Source: Thermoanaerobaculia bacterium (lineage in GTDB: Bacteria > Acidobacteriota > Thermoanaerobaculia > Multivoradales > Multivoraceae). Taken from it: a DNA stretch of 64,000 nt. The position numbers and the translations under genes were made by a program. The notes below the pieces were generated by a model. The model was not told the DNA's origin. It saw nothing but the letters and a program-made list of their open reading frames with translations, and searched no databases. The stretch is taken from contig OY761158.1 in NCBI GenBank assembly GCA_963664405.1, positions 224,001 to 288,000 on the forward strand, written 5' to 3'. Shown piece by piece: positions 28,607 through 38,219 of the stretch. Within the stretch, counting starts at the first letter, position 1; every line of letters begins with the position of its first letter.

Positions 28607-31600
28607 CTACCAGGGATCGATATACGGGTACTTCTTCCCGGTCCGCGGCGGTGGTGGCGGCACGCGACGTAGGCTCTGGGCGATCCAGTCGCGTGTGTCC
28701 GCGGGGTCGATCACGTCGTCGATGCCGCCGCCTACGCTGGCGTTCACCGCCTTGGCGTTCTCGTAGGCTATTGCTACTCGGCGATCGAACTCCTGCGCTC
28801 GCTCTTCGGGGTCCTCGATCGCGGCGAGCTCGTTGCGGTAGCCGAGCTTCACCGACCCCTCGAGGTTCATGCCGGCAAACTCGGCCGTCGGCCATGCCAC
28901 GGTCATGAAACCGACCAGCGCACTCGCGCCACACATTGCTTGGACCCCGAGCCCGTACGACTTGCGCACGACTACGCCAAAGAGCGGTGTCGTCATGTTC
29001 GCGCCGACGTTGAACATCCGCACGCAGTGACGCACCAGCGCGGTGCGCTCGACGTCGGGCCCCACCATCATCCCTGGGCAGTCCATCAGGCTGAGTACCG
29101 GGATGTCGAAGGCGTCGCAGAGCTGGACGAAGCGTGCGCCCTTATCGGCGCCGTCGGAGTCGATGGCGCCGGCGAGGTGATGGGGGTTGTTGGCGATCAC
29201 GCCCATTGGCTTACCCTCGACCCGGATGAAGGCTGTGATGACGCCGACACCGAACTTCTCGCGGATCTCGAGCACCGAGTCCTTATCGGCAAGGGTGTGG
29301 ACGATCTCGCGCATGTCGTAGAGACGCAGCCGATTCTCCGGCACAGTGTGTCGCAGCCGCCGCTGGTCGTGCGCCTCCCAGTTCGAGATGGGGCCCTGGA
29401 AGTAGGAGAGGTACTTTTTGGCGACTTCGACTGCCTCCTCCTCGTCCTTCACCGCGATGTCCACCACCCCGTTCGGGACCTGGAAGGACATCGGCCCGAC
29501 CTCCTCTGGCGTGTAGATGCCGAGCCCACCTCCCTCGATCATCGCCGGGCCGCCCATCGCGATGGTGGTTGCCTCGGTGGCGATGATGACGTCACAGCAG
29601 GCCACCATCGCCGTGTTGCCGGCGAAGGTGCGGCCATTGACGACAGCGATCATCGGCACCAGCCCGCTGAGCTGGGAGAGGGTAGTGAATGTATGAGTGT
29701 CGAAGGCCACTCGCGGCCCGGTGTAGTCGTCTCCGGGACGGCCGCCGCCGCCCTCACCGAAGAGGACGAGCGGGAGGCGGAAGCGCTTAGCGAGCTCGTA
29801 CATGCGGTCCTGCTTGTAGTGGTTGCGCCCGCCCTGGGTGCCGGCCAGTACCGTGTAGTCGTAGTGCACCAAGATAGCCCGTGAGCGATCGTCCTCGAAG
29901 AGGTCACCGTTGATCGAGCAGGTGCCGGCGATGAGACCGTCGGTGGGCGTGTCGCGACGGAGTGTCTCCATGTCGTGGCGTTGGTGTTGGCGGGCCACGA
30001 CCAGAGGCCAGTACTCTTTGAACGAGCCCTCGTCGACCAGCTCGGCGATGTTCTCGCGCGGCATGCGGAAGCCGCGGGCACGGCGCTTCGCGACCGCCTC
30101 GTCGCGGTTCTCGTCGTAGATGTACGCGCGGCGCTCGTTGAGCTCCTGGAGGTCGCCACGGATGTGGTCGGGGTCGACCTCCTCGGCAGCCTCGAGCTCG
30201 CCAACGTCGACCTCCGCCTCCTCGATGAACACGATCGGGTAGCCCTCGCGAACCACGTCACCCACCGCCATCGTCACCATCCGGACGATGCCGTCGCGGT
30301 CGGCGGCGATGACATGCTCCATCTTCATCGCTTCGAGAACCGCGACCTGCTGGCCCTGGCGGACCTGGTCGTCCGCGGCGACGGCGAGCGAGACCAGGGT
30401 GCCCTGAATCGGGGCCACCAGTCCGACCGAGCCCTCGGGGCCGAGTTGCAACCCATCTTCACCGCCCTCCTCGTCCTCCTCTTCCTGCCGCGATTTGACC
30501 TCGGCGTCGTGCGTGAAGAGCGCCAGCGGGTCGCGCGTGTCGACCCTGGCACCGGCGAAACCGGTTGCGCGAGCGGACCCGCTGCGGCGGGCGTCACCGT
30601 ACGCAATCGGCGCCATCTCGATGTGCCGACGCGGCCTCTCGCTCACCGCGGCGAGGCGGGCAAGGTTGTCTTCGACCCAGCGCGTGTGCACCTGGCCGGC
30701 GAGGAAGTCCTCGTGGGCGAGGATGTTGTGCAGGAAAGGGATGTTGGTCTCAACGCCTTCGAGCCGGAACTCGCTCAGAGCGCGCGAGGTGCGCGTGATC
30801 GCGCCGGCGAAGTCCGGCGAGTGCGCGATCACCTTGGCGAGGAGCGAGTCATAGGCGCCGTTGGTTCGGTAGCCGGCGTAGCCAAAGCCATCGGTGCGCA
30901 CGCCTGGACCGCTCGGCGCCTCGTAGGCGGTGATGGTGCCGCCCGACGGTCGCACTGTGCCGTCCTCGTCGATCACCTCCATGTTCACGCGTGCCTGGAT
31001 CGCGGTTCCACGCGGCTTCGCGACCCGCGGATCGTCGAGCCCGAGGACCGCGAGCGACTCACCCGCGGCGAGCCGGATCTGGGCCTGGACGAGGTCCACT
31101 CCGGTCACCTCCTCGGTCACCGTGTGCTCGACCTGGAGCCTGGCGTTGGTCTCGATGAAGACGAAGGGCTCGGCGCCCTCCCGCCCGGAGACGTCGACGA
31201 GGAACTCGAAGGTCCCCAGGTTGCGGTAGCCGGCGCTTTTCGCGAAACGCACGGCGGCCTCGATGATCTGCTCCCGGAGCTCGTTCGCAAGGCCTGGCGC
31301 GGGCGCAATCTCGACCACCTTCTGGTAGCGCCGCTGGACGCTGCATTCGCGCTCGCCGAGGTGCGCCACCCCCCCAGCGGTGTCGCCCAGGACCTGCACC
31401 TCGATATGGCGCGCCCTGGGCACGAGCTCCTCGACGTAGATCTCCTCGCGCCCGAACGCCGCCCGCGCCTCGGACTGGCAGCGCTCGTAGGCGGACTCGA
31501 TGTCGCCGGCTCGAGTGACTGCACGGGTGCCGCGCCCGCCGCCGCCGGCGACCGCCTTCAGAATCATCGCCCCGCTCGTTCCGAGCGAGGCGAAGAACTC

Positions 31601-32038
31601 CTGCGCCTCTTCGAGGGTCACGCCATGGTCGAGCCCCCGCAGCACCGCAACATCGGCCGCGACCGCCGCCCTGCGGGCCTCTGCCTTGTCACCGAAGAGT
31701 TGGAGGTTCTCTACGCTCGGGCCGACGAAAGTGATACCGGCCTCCGCACATTGGCGGGCGAAGTCGGCGCGCTCGGCGAGGAAACCGTAACCGGGGTGGA
31801 TCGCGTCGCAGCCGCTCTCCCGCGCGGCCTCGATCACGGCATCCATATCCAGGTACGCCCGCGCCCCACCGCCCGGGAGCGCGTAGACGTCGTCGGTGAC
31901 GCGGCAGTGGAGGCTCTCGGCGTCGTCCTCGGAGTGGACCGCGACCGTGCGCATCCCCAAGTCTGCGGCGCCGCGCGCAATGCGGATGGCGATCTCGCCG
32001 CGGTTGGCGACGAGCAGACTGCTGAAACTCATGTTCAC
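28607..32038 (-). CDS. Single-chain acyl-CoA carboxylase (BC-BCCP-CT fusion)
   Basis: ANRGEIA, IHPGYGFLAE, RECSVQRRYQK and NARLQVEH (BC); EAMKMEH (biotinyl Lys); YTVLAGTQ, GGGGRPGD and DCPGMMVGP (CT). Confidence 0.95.
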   Translation of the reverse strand: MNMSFSSLLVANRGEIAIRIARGAADLGMRTVAVHSEDDAESLHCRVTDDVYALPGGGARAYLDMDAVIEAARESGCDAIHPGYGFLAERADFARQCAEAGITFVGPSVENLQLFGDKAEARRAAVAADVAVLRGLDHGVTLEEAQEFFASLGTSGAMILKAVAGGGGRGTRAVTRAGDIESAYERCQSEARAAFGREEIYVEELVPRARHIEVQVLGDTAGGVAHLGERECSVQRRYQKVVEIAPAPGLANELREQIIEAAVRFAKSAGYRNLGTFEFLVDVSGREGAEPFVFIETNARLQVEHTVTEEVTGVDLVQAQIRLAAGESLAVLGLDDPRVAKPRGTAIQARVNMEVIDEDGTVRPSGGTITAYEAPSGPGVRTDGFGYAGYRTNGAYDSLLAKVIAHSPDFAGAITRTSRALSEFRLEGVETNIPFLHNILAHEDFLAGQVHTRWVEDNLARLAAVSERPRRHIEMAPIAYGDARRSGSARATGFAGARVDTRDPLALFTHDAEVKSRQEEEDEEGGEDGLQLGPEGSVGLVAPIQGTLVSLAVAADDQVRQGQQVAVLEAMKMEHVIAADRDGIVRMVTMAVGDVVREGYPIVFIEEAEVDVGELEAAEEVDPDHIRGDLQELNERRAYIYDENRDEAVAKRRARGFRMPRENIAELVDEGSFKEYWPLVVARQHQRHDMETLRRDTPTDGLIAGTCSINGDLFEDDRSRAILVHYDYTVLAGTQGGRNHYKQDRMYELAKRFRLPLVLFGEGGGGRPGDDYTGPRVAFDTHTFTTLSQLSGLVPMIAVVNGRTFAGNTAMVACCDVIIATEATTIAMGGPAMIEGGGLGIYTPEEVGPMSFQVPNGVVDIAVKDEEEAVEVAKKYLSYFQGPISNWEAHDQRRLRHTVPENRLRLYDMREIVHTLADKDSVLEIREKFGVGVITAFIRVEGKPMGVIANNPHHLAGAIDSDGADKGARFVQLCDAFDIPVLSLMDCPGMMVGPDVERTALVRHCVRMFNVGANMTTPLFGVVVRKSYGLGVQAMCGASALVGFMTVAWPTAEFAGMNLEGSVKLGYRNELAAIEDPEERAQEFDRRVAIAYENAKAVNASVGGGIDDVIDPADTRDWIAQSLRRVPPPPPRTGKKYPYIDPW

Positions 32039-32145
32039 ACCTCGTGGTCCCGAGCCCGGTCGGTCGGGTCAGGCGAGGCGATTCTAGCGATGATTCCGGC
32101 TATGTCGAGTAGATCGAGGATGCCGGAGTCGACTGAGCGCGCGGA

Positions 32146-32634
32146 CTAGTCCGCGCCGGAGCTCCCACCGCCCGCCCGCTCCTGGAGCAGCTGAGCGTCC
32201 AGTATGTCTTTGGGTCGGCCAGCCGCCAGCTTGTTTCGGACCAGCTGCGCACGCCCGAGGACGAGCAGTGAGATTCCCTCGATCTCCGTCTGGAAAGCAG
32301 ACTCTTCGGCTTCGTCGAAGTCGACTCCGCTGATCGAAGTCATAATGTCGATTCGTCTCGGCGGCAGCCCGATTTGGTAGACGGTGCCCCGCTTCTCGAA
32401 GTCTCGCTGCGAGACGCCGTGGCTCGTGAGCGGAGCGCCGAACTCCTCCAGAGCGCTTATCAGTCTACCCGCGTTCTTCTCCTCAGAAGCAACGAAGATG
32501 TCGAGGTCTCCAGTGGCTCTGGGCACGCCGTGAACGGCAAGCGCATGGGCTCCGACGACGAGGAATCGCACGTCGGCCTCCCGCAGAGCCATGAGGAGAT
32601 CCTTGAAGTCGTCGTGAAGAGCCGGTTCGCTCAA
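32146..32634 (-). CDS. Nucleotidyltransferase-fold protein (DUF6036-like)
   Basis: DFKDLL...FLVVGAHALAVHGVPRATGDLDIF...NKLAAGRPKDILD. The TTG start overlaps the upstream TGA. Confidence 0.8.
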   Translation of the reverse strand: MSEPALHDDFKDLLMALREADVRFLVVGAHALAVHGVPRATGDLDIFVASEEKNAGRLISALEEFGAPLTSHGVSQRDFEKRGTVYQIGLPPRRIDIMTSISGVDFDEAEESAFQTEIEGISLLVLGRAQLVRNKLAAGRPKDILDAQLLQERAGGGSSGAD

Positions 32635-32900
32635 TCGGAGACGCCTGAGCGAAGAAGCCTGCCCGGCATGTCTCCTCGCTTGTAGTCGGGGATGTCCCGG
32701 CCTGCCAGTCGCCAGGAGAGGAGGGTCAGCGGCCAGATCATCGCTAGGCGCTCTGCAGCTGTCGTCGTTTCGCTCAAGTCCTCCGAAGGCTCCTCCCCCA
32801 GCTTGAAGCGCCGAATCGGCCATGCCTGCCGGGCGCGCCGTCGGCGCTCTCGGCCCTCTTTTTCGACATCTGTCCGAGACTCTGTAAAAGCGGCCTTCAC
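32631..32900 (-). CDS. Small protein coupled to the nucleotidyltransferase gene (putative TA-like partner)
   Basis: 89 aa, TTAAERLAMIWPLT motif, 4-nt overlap with the downstream gene; start uncertain. Confidence 0.6.
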   Translation of the reverse strand: MKAAFTESRTDVEKEGRERRRRARQAWPIRRFKLGEEPSEDLSETTTAAERLAMIWPLTLLSWRLAGRDIPDYKRGDMPGRLLRSGVSD

Positions 32901-33172
32901 GGGCCGATTCTATCAGTGGGTCAGTGGCAGACTGAGGCCTGTTGGTTGGCGACTGTGGTACGTGTCGCTCGAGAGTTGGCGATCTCGAGCCGACTTCGTC
33001 ATGTGGAACAACCGCTGCTCGCTGCACGCCTCGGCTCAGGTTCTCTCCGACTCCTCCTTTAGGGCTACCAGCTCTGCTCCGCTCTCGAAGTCTCATTTGG
33101 GGTTCAAGACAAGATCATCGATAATGAGTCTGAAGGGTCAGCTCGGACTTCGCGAAGCAGATTCACAGATTC

Positions 33173-35596
33173 ATGCGTTCACTTCAACGAAGGGCCTCGG
33201 GGTCGCTCTGCAGTGGCGTTCTTGTTCTGAGCCTGCTCCTTGGATGCACCCCGGACGGCGAGCCTGAAGCGACCGTTGAGCCGACGCCTGAGCCGGCACC
33301 AACCTGGCAGGAGTTGGCGGGCGACCGCGCTCCCGATCGCCTGAACGTCATTCTGGTCACCATCGACACGCTGCGTAGCGATCGCCTCTCGAGCTATGGC
33401 TCGACGCAGGTGGCGACCCCTCATATCGATGGGCTCGCTCGAGAAGGGGTGCGATTCGCGAACGCCGCGACCACCGTGCCCTTCACTCTGCCGGCCCACA
33501 GCTCGATCATGACCGGCACCTACCCTCCCTACCACGGGGTGCGGGAGAACGTGGGCTACTACCTCGACGAGGAGATTCCCACCCTTGCCGAGATCCTGTC
33601 CGGGGCGGGGTGGGAGACGGCGGGCTTCGTCAGTGCCTTTGTTCTCGACTCGCGCTGGGGCATCGGCCGCGGCTTCGATCGCTACTACGACGACTTCGAG
33701 CTCGACCCCAACAAGCCGGGGGTCAATGTCGGTCAGGTGCAGCGCGATGGACGAGAGACCATCGAGCACGCCTTCGAGTGGCTCGACCAGCCGCGCGACG
33801 CGCCGTTCTTCCTGTGGATCCACCTCTTCGAGCCCCACGATCCCTACCAGCCCCCCGAGCCCTTCCTCTCCCAATATCCCGACAACCCCTACGACGGCGA
33901 GGTGGCCTATACCGACTCTCTCGTCGGCAGCTTGCGCGAAGGCCTCGAGAGTCGTGGTGTTCTGGATCAGTCCCTCTTGGTTCTCACCGGCGACCATGGC
34001 GAGGGGCTGGGTCAGCACGACGAGGGCTTCCACGGCTACTTCATCTACGACTCCACCGTCCGCGTGCCGCTGATCCTGCGCGTGCCCTTCGGGGATCTCG
34101 CCGGCCGGGTCGTCGAGGACGCGGTCAGCCATGTCGACATCGTGCCTACGGTGCTCGAGGCTGTTGGTCTGGAGGTACCGGCACAGGTCCAGGGAGCCGA
34201 CCTCCTGCCTTTGATTCTGGGCCGGGATCTTGGGTCGCAGAGGGAGGTCTATACCGAGTCGTACTACGCCCTCTACCACTACAACTGGGCGCCACTCCGC
34301 TCCATCCGCACCCAAACGGAGAAGTTCATCGATACGACCAACCCCGAGCTCTACTTCTTGGCCGAAGACGGAGGAGAGACCACCAACGTGGTGCGGCAGA
34401 ACCGAGACCTGGGGAGGAGCCTGCGCGATCGACTCATCGCCTATGCCCGCGCTCTCGAGCGCTCCGGTGCCGGCCCGAGCCGGAAGCCTGACCTCGATGC
34501 CGAGACCCTGGCGCAGCTGCGTGCCCTTGGCTATGTAGCAGGTCGCGCAAGCAACACGGTGGACACGAACGACGGCGTGGCGCGGACCGACCCGAAAGAG
34601 AGGATCGCGGTCCACCGGTCGCTGATGGAGGCTCAGAGCCACATCGGGCAGGGCAACGAGGAGAAGGCCGAGGAGCGCCTGCGCGCGGCCCTCGCCCTCG
34701 ACGACGAGATAGTCGATGCCAACCAGATGCTAGGCGGCATCATCTCGCGGCGGGGCGACCTCACCTGGGGGCGGGGCGATCGCGACTTGGCGGTAGAGCT
34801 CTACGAGCAGGCGCTCGAGCTCTACCAGCAAGCGCTCGCCCAGAGTCCGGAGCATCACTCCTCGCTTTACGGGCTGGCGAACAGCTACTGGCAGCTCGGC
34901 TTCCTCGACGAAGCTTTGGTGGGCTTCCACCGCCTGGTCGAGCTCGCTCCCCATGAGTCTGGCGCGGCCATCGCCATGAGCGACATCTACGCCAGTCTCG
35001 ACCGGCTTCCGGACGCACTTGCGGTCGTGGAGGCAGCGGCGGCGCAGGAAGTCGCCCCGGCGTGGATTCACAACCAGTACGGCGAGCTCTTGGCGCTGCT
35101 AGGTCGGGGTGACGAATCGCCGGCTCAGTTCCGCAAAGCGATCGCCAAGAACCCCGAGATCGGTCGACCCTACTTCAACCTCGCGGTGGCATCCGAGGAG
35201 GAAGGTCGCTTCGAGGAGGCGGCCGCCTCCTACCGCGACGCGATCGAGCGCTCGCCCTACGACTTTCGCGCCCAGTTCAACCTCGGCCGCCTCTACGGCA
35301 ACCTCGGCCGGGTAGAGGAGCAACGGGCGATGTGGGAAGTGGCGCTGCAATCCAACCCGCGCTTCATCATGGGCTACTACCAGCTCGCGAAGCTCGTCAT
35401 GGACCAGGGAAGTGACCTCGACCAGGCGGAGAAGTTCGCGCGCGAGGGTCTCGATCTCGACCTCGAGGGAACCGCGGGCCCGCTCGGTTACTTCGTCCTC
35501 GCCGACATCCTCAACCGCAAGGGGCGCGTGCGCGAGGCGAGGGAAGCGGTCGCCAGCGGTCGTCGCCTGCAGGCCCGGGGCGCGTCGGCCCCGTGA
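33173..35596 (+). CDS. Sulfatase-like lipoprotein with C-terminal TPR repeats
   Basis: Lipobox LLLGC; TIDTLRSD, TLPAHSSIMTG, FEPHDPY, GDHGEGLGQHDE; multiple TPRs. Confidence 0.9.
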   Translation: MRSLQRRASGSLCSGVLVLSLLLGCTPDGEPEATVEPTPEPAPTWQELAGDRAPDRLNVILVTIDTLRSDRLSSYGSTQVATPHIDGLAREGVRFANAATTVPFTLPAHSSIMTGTYPPYHGVRENVGYYLDEEIPTLAEILSGAGWETAGFVSAFVLDSRWGIGRGFDRYYDDFELDPNKPGVNVGQVQRDGRETIEHAFEWLDQPRDAPFFLWIHLFEPHDPYQPPEPFLSQYPDNPYDGEVAYTDSLVGSLREGLESRGVLDQSLLVLTGDHGEGLGQHDEGFHGYFIYDSTVRVPLILRVPFGDLAGRVVEDAVSHVDIVPTVLEAVGLEVPAQVQGADLLPLILGRDLGSQREVYTESYYALYHYNWAPLRSIRTQTEKFIDTTNPELYFLAEDGGETTNVVRQNRDLGRSLRDRLIAYARALERSGAGPSRKPDLDAETLAQLRALGYVAGRASNTVDTNDGVARTDPKERIAVHRSLMEAQSHIGQGNEEKAEERLRAALALDDEIVDANQMLGGIISRRGDLTWGRGDRDLAVELYEQALELYQQALAQSPEHHSSLYGLANSYWQLGFLDEALVGFHRLVELAPHESGAAIAMSDIYASLDRLPDALAVVEAAAAQEVAPAWIHNQYGELLALLGRGDESPAQFRKAIAKNPEIGRPYFNLAVASEEEGRFEEAAASYRDAIERSPYDFRAQFNLGRLYGNLGRVEEQRAMWEVALQSNPRFIMGYYQLAKLVMDQGSDLDQAEKFAREGLDLDLEGTAGPLGYFVLADILNRKGRVREAREAVASGRRLQARGASAP

Positions 35597-35613
35597 CCAA
35601 TCCGTAAGGGGCT

Positions 35614-35982
35614 TTAGGCCCGGTCTTCTTCGGCGTGGCAGTCGACGCAGACGCGGGTAGGTCCGGCCTCCTCCCCCGCGAGCTGCTTGTCCTCGTGGCA
35701 GCTCCGGCACAGGTGGTGGAAGTCCTCCTCGAAGAGCAGGAAGAGCTTCTGGTCGGTGACGTGGCAGTACATGCAAGGACTGCCGCCGCTGTCGTCGATG
35801 TAGTTGTGGTGACAGAGAATGCAATTCTCGGCGACGTGATCCTGGTGAGCGAACGTCATCGGCAGGACGGGATCCGGGCTCTCCCATCGATGCGCGCGTT
35901 CCGGCTTCTCCCCGGGCAGCGGCGTGCCATACAGAAGGACGAACAGCGCCGCCAGCGCCAGCAGGAGAGCGTAAGTCTTCAC
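35614..35982 (-). CDS. Small tetraheme cytochrome c (class III/c3-like)
   Basis: Signal/TM segment, FAHQDH, and four CxxCH motifs (CILCH, CMYCH, CRSCH, CVDCH). Confidence 0.85.
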   Translation of the reverse strand: MKTYALLLALAALFVLLYGTPLPGEKPERAHRWESPDPVLPMTFAHQDHVAENCILCHHNYIDDSGGSPCMYCHVTDQKLFLLFEEDFHHLCRSCHEDKQLAGEEAGPTRVCVDCHAEEDRA

Positions 35983-36110
35983 AAAGGCACGTTTCGGATT
36001 CCAACGAACGCAATCGCAGTCCGTCCGCCGAGGCCGAGATAAAGACGAGCCGTTCGTGCGGAGACGATCTCCGCGAGGTCCGCCGTATCGGCCGCCGTTC
36101 GAGCTCCGCG

Positions 36111-37871
36111 TTAGTTGCGCCCGGGCGCGTCTCGTGCGATCCCGGTGCTGTCGAAGTCCATCCAGGTCACGCGCCACTCTCCGTCGCGCTGGTCGGCGAG
36201 CATCTCGAGTCCGAAGATGATGTCCGCACTCGTGATCCATCGCACACCGGTGATGTTGGCGGTGGGGCCCTCCCACTCGAGCTTCATCGCCGTGGTGTCG
36301 ACCTGGGTGCCGGTAGTCGACCCTAGATATTGGCGGAAGATGTCCTTCGAGCCGCCGCTGTAGGATCGGAAATCCTCCGCCAGGTAGGTGAACATCCGGT
36401 CCATCTCCCCGGCCGCCATCGCCTCCAACATCTGGCGGATCATCGCGTCGACGGCCTTCGTATCCTGGCCGCCGCCGGCCCATTCGCGCCGTTGCGCCCG
36501 CTCGGCGGTGCGCGTGGCGGGGAGGTCGGTCGCTTTGGTGTAGCGCGCCGGCAACGCGAAGCCCGTCAGGTGCTCCTCGTCCTTCACGTAGAGACGCTGT
36601 CCGGCGAGCGCCAGGTGCGCCCAGGTCGCAGACGTAGCCACTTCCCAGGAGGCCAGCTCGTGGTAGCCCTCGGGGTCAGCGGCGATGACCTTGAGATCGG
36701 CCGTATCGGTGAGCGCCAGCAGACGATCGCCGACGGCGATGGTGCTGGCGTACGCCGCCCACCGCCCGGGGCTCTGCCACAGCACCTCGCCGGTCTTGGG
36801 ATCGAGACAGACGAAGGTGCCGGCCCTCTTGTTGGAGCGGAAGTAGAGATGGTCGCCCACCCGCACCGGCGAGTCCATGTAGAGCTCGGCCCGTGTCGTC
36901 TTCCACACCTCGCTCACCTTCCAAGCCCCATCGCCTCCCTTCGGCGGCTCGATCCGGAGCGCTGCCGTCCCCTCCTGGTAGCCGGAGAGAATCAGCATGC
37001 CCTCGTAGAAGATGGTGGTGGGGCTGTTCTGGTCGAAGGCGGTCTCGAACTCGGTCGACCACAGGAGCTCACCGTCGCTCGCCCGCACGGCGAAGAAGGA
37101 CTGGTCGCCCATAGTGACGATCTGGCGCACTCCTCCGATGGTGAACGCCATCGGCGACGCGTAGGCGGGCGCGATGCCGTCCGCCCGCCAGACCTCTTTT
37201 CCGCTCGCCCGGTCGTACGCCACCAGCGCTCCCTCGGTGCGGCGCTCCTCTCCCTGCGCCCGGTTGGTGTTGCCGATCGGCACGATGAGGAGGCGTCCCT
37301 CGACGAGTGGCGACGCCGCCGTTCCCCACTCCGGGTAGGGCGGGTCGTAGACGTCTTCGAAGCTCTTCTCCCAGCGCACCGCGCCGGTTTTGGCATCCAG
37401 CGCCAGCAGGCGCTCGCGTACGCCGAAGCTGTAGACCGCATCGCCTTCGGCCACCATCGTCGATTTCGGCCCCGGGCCGTACTGGATCGCCGCCTGCGCC
37501 GGCACGAAGGGGGCCGTGTACGAATGCCGCCACAGCTCTTTGCCGGTGGATGCATCCAGCGCCAGGACGACTTCCTCCTGACCTTGCCGCGCGAGGAGGA
37601 AGAGGCGCTCGCCGACGACGATCGGAGACGACTGCCCCAGGCCGACCGGGACCTTCCACAGCTGTTCGAGAGCGGCGGGGAGCACCTCCGGCAGCTCGCT
37701 ACCGGTTGCGACTCCGTTCCGGTCGGGGCCTCGCCACTGTGGCCAATCGGCCGCTCGTGCGGCAGACGCGAGGGTCAGCGCTCCGACGACGAGTAAGAGC
37801 GTGCACCTAGGAAACGTCATCCACGCTGCCGGGTTCCACTGGAGGCGTCGCGGTTGTGATGCTGGGTCCAT
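36111..37871 (-). CDS. Secreted PQQ-like beta-propeller protein with C-terminal NTF2/SnoaL-like domain (paralog 1)
   Basis: ADWPQWRGPDRNG, repeated ALDAxTGKELW; C-terminal AMAAGEMDRMFTYLAEDF. The start may be the downstream Met (MTFPR). Confidence 0.85.
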   Translation of the reverse strand: MDPASQPRRLQWNPAAWMTFPRCTLLLVVGALTLASAARAADWPQWRGPDRNGVATGSELPEVLPAALEQLWKVPVGLGQSSPIVVGERLFLLARQGQEEVVLALDASTGKELWRHSYTAPFVPAQAAIQYGPGPKSTMVAEGDAVYSFGVRERLLALDAKTGAVRWEKSFEDVYDPPYPEWGTAASPLVEGRLLIVPIGNTNRAQGEERRTEGALVAYDRASGKEVWRADGIAPAYASPMAFTIGGVRQIVTMGDQSFFAVRASDGELLWSTEFETAFDQNSPTTIFYEGMLILSGYQEGTAALRIEPPKGGDGAWKVSEVWKTTRAELYMDSPVRVGDHLYFRSNKRAGTFVCLDPKTGEVLWQSPGRWAAYASTIAVGDRLLALTDTADLKVIAADPEGYHELASWEVATSATWAHLALAGQRLYVKDEEHLTGFALPARYTKATDLPATRTAERAQRREWAGGGQDTKAVDAMIRQMLEAMAAGEMDRMFTYLAEDFRSYSGGSKDIFRQYLGSTTGTQVDTTAMKLEWEGPTANITGVRWITSADIIFGLEMLADQRDGEWRVTWMDFDSTGIARDAPGRN

Positions 37872-38219
37872 CGCCTAAGCCTCCAGTCGTAGACTCGTCA
37901 CGGCAGTACCTTAGTCGAAGAGCCGCCAGAAAGACGCCTACCGTGGCGTGCCCCCGAGCCACATCGGTCGTATCCCCACTGCTCTCTCGGGACCTCCTTA
38001 GGCATATGCTGCCGAGGTGGTAACGTACATCGACAACGTCAATCATGTCAAATGGCCGCACTGGCCAAGAGGGTAAGACATGGGTTTGACGCGTAGTCCC
38101 TCGAGGTCGCGCGTATCTCGGTGTTCCGCGATCGATTTGAGACAGCGACACGCCCCAAAACAGGCATCGAGTGCGTCGCTCCGTTTTGAAGATGATTCAG
38201 TTTTCTCCTAGGAGGATCT

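Noticed and set aside
29975-32149. 724-aa plus-strand ORF, and similar long antisense ORFs (9967-11166, 33179-34642, 36330-37796, 49207-50328)
   Set aside because: Shadow ORFs opposite clear genes in high-GC DNA, with no recognisable motifs.
32635-33096. N-terminal extension making a 316-aa nucleotidyltransferase, and similar extensions of the 2319, 42673, 46644 and 58598 ORFs
   Set aside because: Low-complexity extensions overlap other genes; downstream starts with RBS or stop-start coupling fit better.
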